Positions 50,010 through 63,721 of a stretch of DNA of 64,000 nucleotides are shown here, piece by piece. The position numbers and the translations under genes were made by a program. The notes under the pieces were generated by a model, which was not told the origin of the DNA, made no database searches, and was given only the letters and a program-made list of their open reading frames with translations. This stretch comes from Pseudomonadota bacterium (GTDB lineage: Bacteria; Pseudomonadota; Gammaproteobacteria; Burkholderiales; Thiobacillaceae): assembly GCA_021811235.1 (NCBI GenBank), contig JAJZPG010000014.1, positions 5,102 through 69,101 on the forward strand. Reading direction: 5' to 3'. The first letter of the stretch is position 1; each line of letters opens with the position of its first letter.

Positions 50010-51467
50010 TCACATCGAATAGAGTGAAAGGTAATGGCCGGCGCTCTCCGACCAGTCGAACGACTGGCGCATGCCGGTCTGCTGCAGCCGGCGCCACAGG
50101 GCGGGCTGGCGGTAGAGGTCGAGCGCGCGGCGGATGGCATCGAGAAAAGCCGTCACCTCGGGCGTGTCGAACACGAAGCCGTTGGCGGTGACGTCCTCCA
50201 GCGTGGCCGCGTTCGCATCGACCACGGTATCGGCCAGCCCGCCGGTCTTGAAGACGATGGGCGGCGTGCCGTAGCGCAGGCTGTACATCTGATTCAGGCC
50301 GCACGGTTCGAAACGCGAGGGCATCAGGAACAGGTCCGCTCCGGCTTCGATCTGATGCGCCAGCGGCTCGTTGTAGCCGATCTCGACGAACACCCGGTCC
50401 GGATGCTGCTTCGCCAGCCGCACCAGCTTCTGCTCGTATGCAGGCTGCCCGCTGCCGAGCAGCACGAAACGCGCATCGGTCTCGGCAAGCAACTGCGGAA
50501 TCGCCGCCAGCACCCAGTCGATGCCCTTCTGCTCGACCAGCCGGCCGACCAGTCCCAGCAGCGGCGCCCCCATCGCCGCGTCGTCGGCGGGCAGCCGGGT
50601 ACGTTCGAGCAGGGCCTGCTTGTTGCGCCGCTTGCCGGGCAGGATGCGGCCAGCCGAATAGTGGGCGGCCAGATGCGCATCGGTGGCCGGATTCCAGGTC
50701 GTCGAATCGATGCCGTTGAGGATGCCGTGCAGCTTGTAGCGGCGCGACAGCAGCAGGCCGTCGAGGCCATAGCCGAATTCCGGCGTGCAGATTTCCTCGG
50801 CATAGGTGGGACTCACCGTGGTGACGGCGTCGGCATACACGATGCCCGCCTTCAGCATCGAGAGTCCGCCATGGAATTCGACGCCCTCGGGCGACCACCA
50901 GTGGCTGGGCAGCTGCAGCCGCACGAAATCGCCATGCGAAAAGTAGCCGCCATAGGCGAGGTTGTGGATGGTGAAGACGCTCTTCGGCCGCACCGGCAGA
51001 TCGGCCAGAAAGGCGGGCAGCAGGCCTGCCTGCCAGTCGTGCGCATGCACCACTTCAGGCTGCCAGTCGAGGTCGAGCGCATCCTGCGCCAGCAGCGCCG
51101 CCGCCCGCGCGAACACCGTGAAGCGCTCGGCATTGTCCGGCCAGTCCTGGCCGCCGGCATCGACGTAGGGATTCCCGGGACGGTCGAACAGCGACGGGCA
51201 GTCGACGACCCACAGCGGGAAGTCCAGGGCGGCATGACGCGTCTCCAGGATGCGCACGCTGACCATGCCTTCGGCGCCGCGCACGTCGAACCAGCCGAGG
51301 ATGCGCACCTGGCCGAGCTGCTGCAGCAGCGCGCGATAACCCGGCAGCAGCAGCCGGATGTCGGCGCCACGCGCATGCAGGGCATGCGGCAGGCCGTACA
51401 GCACGTCGCCGAGCCCGCCGGTCTTCACCAGCGGATAGGCTTCGCTGGCCACAAACAGAATTTTCAT
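50010..51467 (-). CDS. glgA: Glycogen synthase
   Basis: [37 protein letters not shown]. Confidence 0.97.
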   Translation of the reverse strand: MKILFVASEAYPLVKTGGLGDVLYGLPHALHARGADIRLLLPGYRALLQQLGQVRILGWFDVRGAEGMVSVRILETRHAALDFPLWVVDCPSLFDRPGNPYVDAGGQDWPDNAERFTVFARAAALLAQDALDLDWQPEVVHAHDWQAGLLPAFLADLPVRPKSVFTIHNLAYGGYFSHGDFVRLQLPSHWWSPEGVEFHGGLSMLKAGIVYADAVTTVSPTYAEEICTPEFGYGLDGLLLSRRYKLHGILNGIDSTTWNPATDAHLAAHYSAGRILPGKRRNKQALLERTRLPADDAAMGAPLLGLVGRLVEQKGIDWVLAAIPQLLAETDARFVLLGSGQPAYEQKLVRLAKQHPDRVFVEIGYNEPLAHQIEAGADLFLMPSRFEPCGLNQMYSLRYGTPPIVFKTGGLADTVVDANAATLEDVTANGFVFDTPEVTAFLDAIRRALDLYRQPALWRRLQQTGMRQSFDWSESAGHYLSLYSM

Positions 51468-51489
51468 CGCTCCGCGTTTCATTTTTCTT

Positions 51490-51595
51490 AGGGACTAGGA
51501 TTCAGGGATTAGGGGTCAGGGGGTTTTGTGCTTCGCGTCTTTGACTATACGCGGCCAAGGCCGCGCACACCCTGGCCCCTGAATCCTGATCTCTT
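51490..51595. repeat. Heptad-based inverted repeat element, copy 2
   Basis: AGGATTCAGGGATTAGGGGTCAGGGGGTTTTG ... GCGGCC-AA-GGCCGC ... CCCCTGAATCCTGA. Confidence 0.75.
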
Positions 51596-51598
51596 GTA

Positions 51599-53796
<2,198 letters not shown>

Positions 53797-53800
<4 letters not shown>

Positions 53801-55149
53801 GGAGAGGGGGGCGTCTCGCATCGATGGGCTTTCTGCAATTGTTGTAGTAAATGGCTTGCCAGACCAGCCGGCAGCGTTTCCCAGTCGAAGCGCCAGGTCC
53901 AGTTGCCGGCATCGGTTCCGGGCGTGTTCATGCGCGCCTCGCTGCCCAAATGCAGGACATCCTGCAGCGGCAGCACGGCGAGGATGGCGCGGCTTTCCAG
54001 CACCGTGGTGATCATCGCGTCCGGCACCGCGGCGGGATCCTCGACGCCGAGCTGCTGCATGACTTGCAGGCGTGCATGGTCGGGCAGCGACCGCCACCAG
54101 CCGGGTGTGGTGTCGTTGTCGTGGGTGCCCGTGTAGTAGACGGTCTCGACCGGCACATTATCCGGCTTGTGCGGATTGTCGGCATGCTGGTCGAACGCGA
54201 ATTGCAGCACGGCCATGCCGGGCAGGCCGAACTGGTGGCGCAGCGCAGTGACGTCGGGCGTGATGATGCCGAGATCTTCGGCAACCAGAGGAAGTTTGCC
54301 CATCTCGTCGATGATCGCCTGCAGCAGCGCCGCGCCGGGTGCATCGCGCCACTCGCCGTGGATGGCGGTCGGCTCCTGGGCGGGAATCGCCCACGCCGCC
54401 GCCAGCCCGCGGAAATGATCGATGCGCACCAGGTCGAACCATTCGAAATGCGCAGCGAGCCGCGCCCGCCACCAGGCGAAGCCGTCGGTCTGCATGGCCT
54501 CCCAGTTGTAGTGCGGGTTGCCCCAGCGCTGCCCGGTTTCGGAAAAATAATCCGGCGGCACGCCCGCCACCACCGTGGGATGGCCCTCCGCGTCCAGCAG
54601 AAAAAGGTGGCGGTGGGCCCACACGTCGGCACTGTCGTGCGCGACGAAGATCGGCATGTCGCCGAACAGGCGTATGCCGCGTTCAGCCGCCATCGCGCGT
54701 ATGCCCTGCCAGGCCACGGCAGCACGATACTGCTCGGCCATCACGGCCTTCAGCGCGTCGGCGTGGCGGGCGTCGAACTCCGCCAGCGCGTGCTCATCGC
54801 GGTCGCGCAGCGGCTTCGGCCAGTCGGTCCATGGCGCACCGCCCTGCTCCGCCTTGATGACCATGAAGCGCGCGAAATCGTCGAGCCAGTGGTGCTGCTG
54901 CTTGTGCCAGGCGGGAAAACGGCGCATGTCCGCCCGCGCTGCGTGGAACAGTGCCGGATTGACGGCAAAGGCCGACGCGCACTGGTAGGGCGACAGGCCG
55001 ACCAGGGGCAAGCCCAGCGGCAACATCTGCCACACGCCGAACCCCGCCGCCTGCAGGAAATCGAGCCAGCGCCCGGCATCGGCCAGGGTGCCGGACGGCA
55101 GCGAGGTCGGATGCAACAGCAGGCCGGCGCGGCGCGTCTCGAGACTCAT
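53797..55149 (-). CDS. malQ: 4-alpha-glucanotransferase (GH77)
   Basis: [61 protein letters not shown]. Confidence 0.95.
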
Positions 55150-56870
55150 CAGGCATTCCTGCGCATGGTGCCGGCGTTCTCCGCCCAGCCGCCGCCGGAG
55201 GACACCGGCACATCGAGCAGCGCGGGCGGCGCGATGCCGAGCAGACGATACAGCTCGCGCAACTGGGTGCGATAGAGCTGTTCGAAATCGCTGACGCTGC
55301 CTGCCGGATTGTAGTCACCGAACCACCAGAACCAGTCCGACCCCTCGCACACGGCCAGCTGCCGGGTGGCGAGCGCGAGCTGGTCGGCGTTCAGCTTGCC
55401 GGCGGCCACCACGCCGTCGTAGGCCTGCTTGGCGGCGACCAGATAATCCCAGCCGCGATTCTTGTCGTCCGAGCCGATCCAGGTCGAGAAGCTGCCGTAC
55501 ACCCAGCTGCCGGCCGACAGCCGTTTCATCGCGCGAGCCGGCGTGCGCGCGGCCTGCTCGGCAAAGGTGCTGACCTTGAGCGTGGGGTGGCCGGACAGTG
55601 TCGAGTACAGCGCGTCGAGGAAATGATGGCCGTTGTCGGGGTAGTACTCCCAGGCATTCTCGCCGTCGAGGATGACCGAGACCACATGGCGGTTGGCATC
55701 CTTGCCGAAGAAGCTGGCGATGTTTTCCAGATGCTGCACGAAATCGCCCACCGCGTCGTCGGCGTGCCACTCGCTGTACTTGAAGCCGATCAGATCGGAC
55801 AGGCCGTCGTCGCGGAAAAACACGCGCGTCTTGAACCCGTCGATGTGCGCCGGCGAGAACAGCCCGCGCTTGGTGCGGGTCTCGTCCTCCGGACAACCCG
55901 ACTTGGCGCAGCTGTTGCGCCACACCCCCTCGCCCGAGGCGGTCCACGCGATCCCCAGTTCGTCGAGCTGGGCCAGCGCGTCCTCGCTCACCCCGCCTTC
56001 CGAGAGCCACACGCCCGCCGGCTTGAAGCCGAAATAGCGCTCGAACACCTCGGCGCCATGCTGCAGGTGCCAACGCGCACGCTCGCTGCCGCCGGGATAG
56101 GCCGGGGCGTCGGGCACGGGAACGTCGTGCAGCGCGTCGTGCAGGTTGGAAAAATCGTTCAGCAGCGGCACGATGGGATGGCCATAGGGGGTCATCGACA
56201 ATTCGACCTGGCCGCGCTCGGCGAGCGCCCGATAGCGCGGAATCAGCCCGGCCATGCAGTGCTGCATCAGGTGCAGCAGTTCGTGGCGGTCGGCGGCGGA
56301 GTATCCCTTCTCCTGCATCATCAGCCGCTGCACCAGGGGCAGCTGCCGCAACGAATGCCCCTGCCAGGCGAGGTGATACCAGGTCAGCAGGTCGAGAAAA
56401 TACTGCTCGGACAGGTAGCCCAGATGCAGCTGCAGCCCGGCGCTGCCGATCCCGGCCTCGTCGGTCGCGCCGATCATGCGCAGCAGGCGATGGAAGGCCG
56501 GATAGGGATGGATCATCCGCGGCGCATGGCAACGCTGGCAATCCTGCACGATGCGCAGGCGGCTGGCGACGTCCGAGGGAATGCGCTCGATGCCGGCGAA
56601 CAGGTTCAGCATGTGGTCCTGGGTCGGCTTGCCGTGCTTCAGCAGCGCGTCGAGTTGCTGGGCGTAGTCGTCGAGCTGTTCGAGCAGCACGGGCGCGAAG
56701 TTCACCACCGCACGCATCGCCGGGTGCCGCTCCAGGTGCGCCGCCATGTCGCTGTAATCCTTGATGCCGTGCAGATAGACCCACGGCAGATGGTAGGCAC
56801 CCTTGAGGCCCTCGCGGTAATACGGCTGGTGCATGTGCCAGCACAGCACCACGTTGAGCGATTTAGCCAT
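55149..56870 (-). CDS. GH57-family glycoside hydrolase (amylopullulanase/alpha-amylase-like)
   Basis: WHMHQP, TPYGHPI.PLL, WLSEG (nucleophile), LDGENAW (acid/base), EGSDWFWW. Confidence 0.9.
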   Translation of the reverse strand: MAKSLNVVLCWHMHQPYYREGLKGAYHLPWVYLHGIKDYSDMAAHLERHPAMRAVVNFAPVLLEQLDDYAQQLDALLKHGKPTQDHMLNLFAGIERIPSDVASRLRIVQDCQRCHAPRMIHPYPAFHRLLRMIGATDEAGIGSAGLQLHLGYLSEQYFLDLLTWYHLAWQGHSLRQLPLVQRLMMQEKGYSAADRHELLHLMQHCMAGLIPRYRALAERGQVELSMTPYGHPIVPLLNDFSNLHDALHDVPVPDAPAYPGGSERARWHLQHGAEVFERYFGFKPAGVWLSEGGVSEDALAQLDELGIAWTASGEGVWRNSCAKSGCPEDETRTKRGLFSPAHIDGFKTRVFFRDDGLSDLIGFKYSEWHADDAVGDFVQHLENIASFFGKDANRHVVSVILDGENAWEYYPDNGHHFLDALYSTLSGHPTLKVSTFAEQAARTPARAMKRLSAGSWVYGSFSTWIGSDDKNRGWDYLVAAKQAYDGVVAAGKLNADQLALATRQLAVCEGSDWFWWFGDYNPAGSVSDFEQLYRTQLRELYRLLGIAPPALLDVPVSSGGGWAENAGTMRRNA

Positions 56871-58182
56871 CGTATTCGTCCTGCCATCTGGCATAGAGGT
56901 TTTGCCCGAGCATCGCGGGCGTCACCAGCACGATGCCCTCGGGGGTGACGTGAAAGCGCTTGGCGTCTTCGGCCAGGTTTTCGCCGATGACCGTGCCGTC
57001 CGGAATCACCGTGCCCTTGTCGATGATGGCGCGATTGATGCGGCAGTTCCGGCCGACGGCGACCTTGGGCAGGATCACGCTGTCCTTGATGAGGCTGTAG
57101 CTTTCCGCCGTGGTGGCGAAGAACAGCACCGAGCGCTTGACCCGCGCGCCCGACAGGATGCAGCCGCCGGCGATCAGCGAGTCGATCGCCTCGCCGCGGC
57201 GCCCCTCGTCGTCGAAGATGAACTTGGCGGGCGGGTACTGCGGCTGGTAGGTCCAGATCGGCCAGTCGCGGTTGTAGAGGTTGAGCTCGGGCTCGACCGA
57301 GCACAGTTCCATGTTGGTCTGCCAGTACGAATGCAGCGTGCCGACGTCGCGCCAGTAGGCCGGCCCGCCGTCGCGATTGCGGAAGGGAAAGGCCATCGCG
57401 CGCGCCTCGGCGATCTGGGCCGGGATGATGTCCTTGCCGAAGTCGTGCGAGGAATGCGTGTCGCCGGCATCCTCGATCAGCGTCTTGTAGAGGAAATCCT
57501 TGGAGAAGATGTAGATGCCCATCGACACCAGCGCGGTGCCGGGCTTGCCCGGGATGCTGTCGGGGTGCTTCGGCTTTTCGGTGAAGCGGGTGATGCGCAT
57601 CGACTCGTCGACCGACATGACGCCGAACGAACTGGCCTCCGACACCGGCACCTCGATGCTGCCGACGGTGAAGTCGGCGCCGGTCTGCACGTGATAGAGC
57701 AGCATCTCCGAGTAGTCCATGGTGTAGACGTGGTCGCCGCCGAGCACCAGCACGTATTCGGGATGGTGGCGCTGCATGATGTCGATGTTCTGGAACAGCG
57801 CGTCGGCAGTGCCCTGGTACCACTCCTTCTTGTGGGTGCGCTGCTGCGCGGGCAGGATTTCCACGAACTCGCCGATCTCGGCGCGCATGAAGCCCCATGC
57901 GCGCTGCAGGTGGCGGATCAGCGAATGTGACTTGTACTGGGTCAGCACGCCGACGCGGCGGATGCCCGAGTTGACGCAGTTGGACAGCGGAAAATCGATG
58001 ATGCGGTACTTGCCTCCGATCGGCACCGCCGGCTTGGCGCGCCAGGCGGTCAGATCCTTCAGCCGCGAGCCCTCGCCGCCCGCCAGCACCAGCGCCAGCG
58101 TCCTGCGGGTCAGCTCGGTCACCATCTTCGGCTCGGTGTAATAGCGATAGAGACGCGCCTGTTCGTCCTTGGAAATGGTCAT
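56863..58182 (-). CDS. glgC: Glucose-1-phosphate adenylyltransferase
   Basis: [65 protein letters not shown]. Confidence 0.97.
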   Translation of the reverse strand: MTISKDEQARLYRYYTEPKMVTELTRRTLALVLAGGEGSRLKDLTAWRAKPAVPIGGKYRIIDFPLSNCVNSGIRRVGVLTQYKSHSLIRHLQRAWGFMRAEIGEFVEILPAQQRTHKKEWYQGTADALFQNIDIMQRHHPEYVLVLGGDHVYTMDYSEMLLYHVQTGADFTVGSIEVPVSEASSFGVMSVDESMRITRFTEKPKHPDSIPGKPGTALVSMGIYIFSKDFLYKTLIEDAGDTHSSHDFGKDIIPAQIAEARAMAFPFRNRDGGPAYWRDVGTLHSYWQTNMELCSVEPELNLYNRDWPIWTYQPQYPPAKFIFDDEGRRGEAIDSLIAGGCILSGARVKRSVLFFATTAESYSLIKDSVILPKVAVGRNCRINRAIIDKGTVIPDGTVIGENLAEDAKRFHVTPEGIVLVTPAMLGQNLYARWQDEYDG

Positions 58183-58216
58183 CAGCAGTTCCTCGTCGTA
58201 TGTATCATTGGTTTAA

Positions 58217-59221
58217 TTATTGGATCGCAATGGCCGCAGCGGCGCCTGTTTCGTGCAGCGTCGCTTCGCGCACGGCCAGCGCGCCCTGCACGCCCAGCCG
58301 TGCACTGGTGATCAGAAAGATCGGCGTCCGCTCCACCTCGCCGCGCATGCGCCCCTTGTTTGCGGCGGCAGCCAGGAAGCGCGGCCCACGCAAACGCGCC
58401 TGCAAGTGTGCCGTCACCCCGCCGGCGACGTACAGGCCGCCCCGCGGCTGGTACAGCAGCGCCACGTTGCCCACCCAGGCGCCATAGAGGTCGACGAACA
58501 GATCGAGTGCAGCGCCAGCCACGGGGTTCCCGGCGTCGGCGGCGGCCGACAGCCAGGCACCGTCGCACGGCGTGTCCGGCGGCCTGGTGCCGAGTTCGGC
58601 GCAGCAGAATTCATACAGGTCGGGCAGCGCCGATCCCGACGCCACGCGCTCCCACGACACGTGGCCATGGCGGCGGCGGATACGCTCGAGCAAACGCAAT
58701 TGCAGGGCGTTGGTCGGCGCGAAGTCGGTATGCCCCCCCTCGGTGGCAAAACTCCTGTAACGCCCGCCCACGCCTGGGGTCATGAACGCCAGGCCCAGTC
58801 CCGTCCCTGCTCCCGTGACGGCTTGCACGCCGCCGGGTTCGACCGGCCGCGCGTTGATGGCGACCAGATCGGCCGCGGTCAGCCTGGCCACGCCGGCGGC
58901 GGCGGCCTCGAAGTCGTTGACCAGCCGCACGTCGGCAATTCCCAGCCCGGCCTGCAACTCGGCCGCATCCAGTATCCAGTCGAGATTGGTGAGCCGCACG
59001 CGTTGCAGATGCACGGGGCCCGGCACCGCCAGGATCATGGAGTGGGGCCGCACCGTCATCTGCGCGTCGGCCATGAAGCGGCGCAGCAGGGCATCCGCCG
59101 AGCCGAATCCGGCACTGGCATAGACGCCCTCGAAACGCAGGTTGTGCACGCCGTCTGCGGCCACCGTCACCCACGCCAGCCGGCATTTCGTCCCGCCTAT
59201 GTCTCCCGCGATCCACTCCAT
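58217..59221 (-). CDS. glk: Glucokinase
   Basis: IAGDIGGTK, TNLDW, LVNDF, GAGTGLG, EGGH, SWERV.SG. Confidence 0.92.
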   Translation of the reverse strand: MEWIAGDIGGTKCRLAWVTVAADGVHNLRFEGVYASAGFGSADALLRRFMADAQMTVRPHSMILAVPGPVHLQRVRLTNLDWILDAAELQAGLGIADVRLVNDFEAAAAGVARLTAADLVAINARPVEPGGVQAVTGAGTGLGLAFMTPGVGGRYRSFATEGGHTDFAPTNALQLRLLERIRRRHGHVSWERVASGSALPDLYEFCCAELGTRPPDTPCDGAWLSAAADAGNPVAGAALDLFVDLYGAWVGNVALLYQPRGGLYVAGGVTAHLQARLRGPRFLAAAANKGRMRGEVERTPIFLITSARLGVQGALAVREATLHETGAAAAIAIQ

Positions 59222-59229
59222 TTTCACAA

Positions 59230-60897
59230 CTATAGGCCAGTGCGCGGATGGCTCATACGCCGGTAGTAATTGATGAGCGCATTGGTCGAGGCGTCGTGCC
59301 CCGCCACCGGTGCGTCGGCGTGCAGTTCGGGCAGGATGCGGCTGGCGAGCTGCTTGCCGAGTTCGACGCCCCACTGGTCGTAGGAATTCAGATTCCAGAT
59401 CACGCCCTGCACGAAAATCTTGTGCTCGTACAGCGCGATCAGCATGCCCAGCGTGCGCGGGGTGAGCTTCTGCAGCAGGATGGCATTGCTCGGGTGGTTG
59501 CCCTCGAACACCTTGTGCGAGACGAACTGGCCGGTCTGCGCCTGCGTTTCCTCGCGCGTGCGCCCGCGCATCAGCGCCTCGGTCTGGGCGAGAAAATTGG
59601 CGATCAGGATGTCGTGGTGCTCCTGCAGTTCGGTATGCGGCGTAACCGAGACGATGAAATCGGCCGGGATCATCTTGGTGCCCTGGTGCAGCAGCTGGTA
59701 GAAGGCATGCTGGCCGTTGATGCCGGTCGCGCCCCAGATGATCTGGCCGGTGGGGTAGTCGACGGCGTTGCCCTCGCGGTCGACCGACTTGCCGTTCGAC
59801 TCCATGTCGGCCTGTTCGAGATAGGCCGGAAGGCTCCTGAGGTAGTGGTCGTAGGGCAGGATCGCGTGCGATTCGGCGCCGAAGAAGTTGTTGTACCAGA
59901 TGCCCAGCAGCGCGAGGATCACCGGCATGTTCCTGTCGAGCGGCGCATGGCGGAAGTGCTCGTCCATCTCGTGCGCGCCTTCCAGCAGTTCGACGAAGCG
60001 CTCCGCACCCACCGCGAGCACGATCGACAGTCCGATCGCCGACCACAGCGAATAGCGTCCGCCCACCCAGTCCCAGAATACGAACATGTTGGCCGGGTCG
60101 ATGCCGAATGACGCCACCGCCTCGCGGTTGGTCGACACCGCGACGAAATGCCTGGCGATGTGCTTGACCGCCTGCGACTGCACCAGGAACCACTCGCGCG
60201 CATAGTGCGCGTTGGTCATCGTCTCCTGCGTGGTGAAGGTCTTCGACGACACGATGAACAGCGTCGTCTCGGGGTTCAGCGACTCCAGCGTCTCCTTGAC
60301 GTGGGCGCCGTCGACGTTGGAAATGAAGTGCAGCTTGAGGCGCGGATGGCGATAGGGCTTGAGCGCCTGTACCACCATCTGCGGGCCGAGGTCGGAGCCG
60401 CCGATGCCGATGTTCACCACGTCGGTGATGCGCTCGCCGGTATAGCCGCGCCATTCGCCGCTCCTCACCTGTTCGGCGAACGTGCCCATGCGTTCGATCA
60501 CCGCGTTGACCTTCGGCATCACGTCCTCGCCGTCGACCAGGACCGGTCGGTTGCTGCGGTTGCGCAGCGCCACGTGCAGCACGGCGCGGTTCTCCGTGTG
60601 GTTGATCTTGTCGCCGCTGAACATGCGTTCGCGCCAGCCGGCCACGTCCGCCTCCTCGGCCAGCCGCACCAGGAGCGCCATGGTTTCCTCGGTGATGCGG
60701 TTCTTCGAGTAGTCCAGCAGCACGTCGCCCACCTGCAGCGAAAAACGCTCGAATCGCGCCGGATCGGCCGCGAACAGCTCGCGCATGTGCGCCGCCGCCA
60801 TCTGCACCTGATGGGCTCGCAACTGCTGGCAAACCTGCCGGTGCAAAGGCCCTGGAACCTCGCCCTGATCGTGTATCGCGAATACCGTCGAAGCCAT
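59230..60897 (-). CDS. pgi: Glucose-6-phosphate isomerase (start position uncertain)
   Basis: [64 protein letters not shown]. Confidence 0.97.
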   Translation of the reverse strand: MASTVFAIHDQGEVPGPLHRQVCQQLRAHQVQMAAAHMRELFAADPARFERFSLQVGDVLLDYSKNRITEETMALLVRLAEEADVAGWRERMFSGDKINHTENRAVLHVALRNRSNRPVLVDGEDVMPKVNAVIERMGTFAEQVRSGEWRGYTGERITDVVNIGIGGSDLGPQMVVQALKPYRHPRLKLHFISNVDGAHVKETLESLNPETTLFIVSSKTFTTQETMTNAHYAREWFLVQSQAVKHIARHFVAVSTNREAVASFGIDPANMFVFWDWVGGRYSLWSAIGLSIVLAVGAERFVELLEGAHEMDEHFRHAPLDRNMPVILALLGIWYNNFFGAESHAILPYDHYLRSLPAYLEQADMESNGKSVDREGNAVDYPTGQIIWGATGINGQHAFYQLLHQGTKMIPADFIVSVTPHTELQEHHDILIANFLAQTEALMRGRTREETQAQTGQFVSHKVFEGNHPSNAILLQKLTPRTLGMLIALYEHKIFVQGVIWNLNSYDQWGVELGKQLASRILPELHADAPVAGHDASTNALINYYRRMSHPRTGL

Positions 60898-61171
60898 GCA
60901 AATTCCTCTCGTTCCATTGCAGTGCAGGTACTACGCCACCCCGCCCGGAGCGGCATTCACGGCCTTCTCTCGCCATCAAGCAACGGCTGTGCCATGGATC
61001 GCAGAAAAAGCGCCGTTCCCTTTACTCACCATAGGAAAATTTGGTGATGCACAGATGACATGGATGAAGACGCGTCCTAAAAATGCGCCAAAAAAATCCG
61101 CTCTGTGTCCGAATGGGATCGCACATGCACCCGAATGGTGCCCGGACCACCCGCCGGACCCCCTGCAGCTT

Positions 61172-61187
61172 GGGTACGCTATTTGCA
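61172..61187 (+). promoter_or_regulatory. sigma54-type -24/-12 site upstream of the epimerase-GT2-TPR operon
   Basis: GGGTACG-CTAT-TTGCA versus the consensus TGGCACG-N4-TTGCW. Confidence 0.55.
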
Positions 61188-61325
61188 GTATGTCAGACAG
61201 TCCCGCCAGCCATGGGCCAACGGGGCCACCTAACAAAAACAAGCTGTTGTTTTTATTGGGCATTGATTTTTTACTCGCGGTGGGCGTGTTAGGCATTCGG
61301 CACCTGCTGGCGAGAACTCGGAAAG

Positions 61326-62318
61326 GTGGCTGACATGCATGTTTTGATCACGGGCGGCGCAGGCTTCATCGGTTCGCATCTGGCCGAGCACCATCTGGCA
61401 CGCGGCGATCAGGTTTACGTAGTGGACAACCTGAGCACCGGCTCCCTCACCAACCTCAAGCCGTTCCGCGGCAATCCGGCCTTCCGCTTCGCCGAAGCCG
61501 ACATCCTGCACTGGAACGGGCTGAGCGAAGCCGTCGCCTGGGCCGATCGCATCTACCACATGGCGGCCGTCGTCGGCGTCAAGAAAGTGCTGGAAGACCC
61601 GGTCGCCGTGATGGCGACCAACATGACCGGAACGGAGCGGATCCTGCGCGCCCTCCACCACGGCGGCTGGAACCCGCAGGTCGTCATCGCCTCGACCTCC
61701 GAGGTCTACGGTTTCAACCCCCAGAGCAGCTTTGCCGAGACCGACTACATCGTGCTGCCGTCCGCCGGACGCCTGCGCTGGGCCTATGCGGTGACCAAGC
61801 TGGCGGACGAGTTCCTCGCCTTTTCCTATGCCCGCAAATACGGCCTCAATATCGTCGTCGTACGCCTGTTCAACACCATCGGACCGAACCAGGTGGGCCA
61901 TTACGGCATGGTCGTACCCAGCTTCGTCAAGCAGGCCGTGCACAACGAGCCGCTCACCGTCTACGGCGAAGGCAACCAGACGCGTTCCTTCTGCGACGTG
62001 CGCGACACCGTGGTGGCGCTGGACCGCCTGGCCGGCTGCCCGGAGGCCTGGGGCGAGGTGGTGAACGTCGGCAACGATCAGGAGATCCCGATCCGCGACC
62101 TGGCCGAGCTGATCATCCAGCGCGCCCAAAGCGCTTCTCCCCTGCACTACCTGTCCTACAAGGATGCCTATGGCGAGGAATTCGAGGACGTGACGCACCG
62201 GCGCCCGGTGCTCAACAAACTGCGCGCCCTGACCGGTTTCACGCCGGAATGGACGCTCACCGACACGCTGGACGACCTGATCGAAAGAGAACGCACACAA
62301 AATCTGCGCGTAGCCTAG
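61326..62318 (+). CDS. NAD-dependent nucleotide-sugar epimerase/dehydratase (extended SDR)
   Basis: GTG start; ITGGAGFIGSH, YHMAA.VG, ASTSEVYG, YAVTK (YxxxK), RLFNTIGP, QTRSFC.V.D. Confidence 0.9.
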   Translation: MADMHVLITGGAGFIGSHLAEHHLARGDQVYVVDNLSTGSLTNLKPFRGNPAFRFAEADILHWNGLSEAVAWADRIYHMAAVVGVKKVLEDPVAVMATNMTGTERILRALHHGGWNPQVVIASTSEVYGFNPQSSFAETDYIVLPSAGRLRWAYAVTKLADEFLAFSYARKYGLNIVVVRLFNTIGPNQVGHYGMVVPSFVKQAVHNEPLTVYGEGNQTRSFCDVRDTVVALDRLAGCPEAWGEVVNVGNDQEIPIRDLAELIIQRAQSASPLHYLSYKDAYGEEFEDVTHRRPVLNKLRALTGFTPEWTLTDTLDDLIERERTQNLRVA

Positions 62319-62329
62319 AATAGGCCCTC

Positions 62330-63721
62330 ATGGCTACGACGCCCTATTTCATCCTCAGCCCGAATACGGTGCTGAGCATCATCGGCCTGATCCACGGGCC
62401 GGACAAGACCATTCCCAATCCGGCGCAGGACTGGCGCGACGCCACCGTCGACGTGGTGATTCCCGCCTTCAACGAGGAAAGCAACATCCCCTTGTGCCTG
62501 GCCGCGCTGGCGCGCCAGACCCGCAAGCCGACCCGCATCATCCTGATCGACGACGGCAGCCGCGACCGCACGGTCGAATACGCGCAGACCTTCTGCGACC
62601 TCAACGGCATGGATCTCATCACGATCCGGCGCGCGCAGTCGATCGGCAAGACGCCGACGCTGAAACGGCAGTCGCGCGAATTCGACTCCGACGTCGAATT
62701 CATCCTCGACGGCGACACCGTGCTGGAATCGGACAACTACATCGACCGCGTGGTGGAGGAACTCTACCAGGGCGCCGGCATCGCCAGCGCCTGCGGCACC
62801 GTGCTGCCGCTGCGCGACCGCGACCGCCGCGCCATGCTCGAAACGGACGCCCTGCAGAAATTCCTCGGCAGCCACCCCGAAGCCTCGATCTATCCCAAGG
62901 TGGGGTGGTTCCACCACCTGCAGCGCGGCATCACCGACATGTACCGCGACGTGCTGTACTACTTCCTGCAGAAGTTCGTGTACGTGGGACAGATGACCTT
63001 CTTCGGCAGCATCCTCAATCCGGTGGGTTGCGCCGTCGCCTATCGCCGCGACGTCCTGAAGACCATCGTGTTCGACCGCTACGAGCCGGTCCTCGGCGAC
63101 GACCTCACCAACTCGGAGGACATCTTCATCGGCTTCGCGATGAACGACAACGGCTACCGCAACATCCAGCTCACCGACGTGACCGCCCGCTCGCAGGAGC
63201 CGGAAGTCGGCCGCGTGCCGGGGCAGATCTACCTGTGGTCCTCGTCCTTCCTGCAAAGCTGCTACTACTTCGACGAACTGATGAAGAGCCCCCTGAAGGC
63301 CTTCAGGCGCTACCGCAAGAAGAAGCAGGAAGCCGCCGAACTGGAAGCCGGCCTCGCGGAAAAGCGCGTGCACCACGAGCAGTACCGCCAGCCCTTCGGC
63401 ACCGACTACACCATGAAATACGGCCGCCCGATCGGCTGGGTGCTGTTCATGTCGGCGTTCGAGAAGGTGGCCTTTCCGACCGCGCTGCTGATCATGATCC
63501 TGCTGCAGATGTGGGAGCCCCTGGCGATCACGCTCATCGCGGAAACCGCCGTCGCCACCGGCATCCTGGTCGCGGTGGCCAAGGGTCACCGGCTGGAATA
63601 CTTCCTCAAGGGCCTGCTGGTGACGCCGCTGCGCTACGCCGTGCTGCTGTTCGACCTCGTCACCATCGGCCGCTTCGCCGCCGACCTGTGGATCTTCCGT
63701 AACCGGCGGTGGCGCAAATGA
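62330..63721 (+). CDS. GT2 glycosyltransferase with synthase-like architecture and C-terminal TM helices
   Basis: VVIPAFNEE, IDDGS.D, LDGD, SED, QIYLW in the QxxRW position, then about 3 hydrophobic helices. Confidence 0.82.
   Translation: MATTPYFILSPNTVLSIIGLIHGPDKTIPNPAQDWRDATVDVVIPAFNEESNIPLCLAALARQTRKPTRIILIDDGSRDRTVEYAQTFCDLNGMDLITIRRAQSIGKTPTLKRQSREFDSDVEFILDGDTVLESDNYIDRVVEELYQGAGIASACGTVLPLRDRDRRAMLETDALQKFLGSHPEASIYPKVGWFHHLQRGITDMYRDVLYYFLQKFVYVGQMTFFGSILNPVGCAVAYRRDVLKTIVFDRYEPVLGDDLTNSEDIFIGFAMNDNGYRNIQLTDVTARSQEPEVGRVPGQIYLWSSSFLQSCYYFDELMKSPLKAFRRYRKKKQEAAELEAGLAEKRVHHEQYRQPFGTDYTMKYGRPIGWVLFMSAFEKVAFPTALLIMILLQMWEPLAITLIAETAVATGILVAVAKGHRLEYFLKGLLVTPLRYAVLLFDLVTIGRFAADLWIFRNRRWRK

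Noticed and set aside
58217-60979. 920-aa ORF suggesting a Pgi-Glk fusion
   Set aside because: Pgi is in another frame with its own stop at 59230; glucokinase begins at 59221 and the upstream part is off-frame text.
60896-61333. 145-aa and 106-aa ORFs in the pgi/epimerase intergenic region
   Set aside because: Atypical codon usage, no motifs, and overlap with probable promoter elements make a regulatory region more likely.
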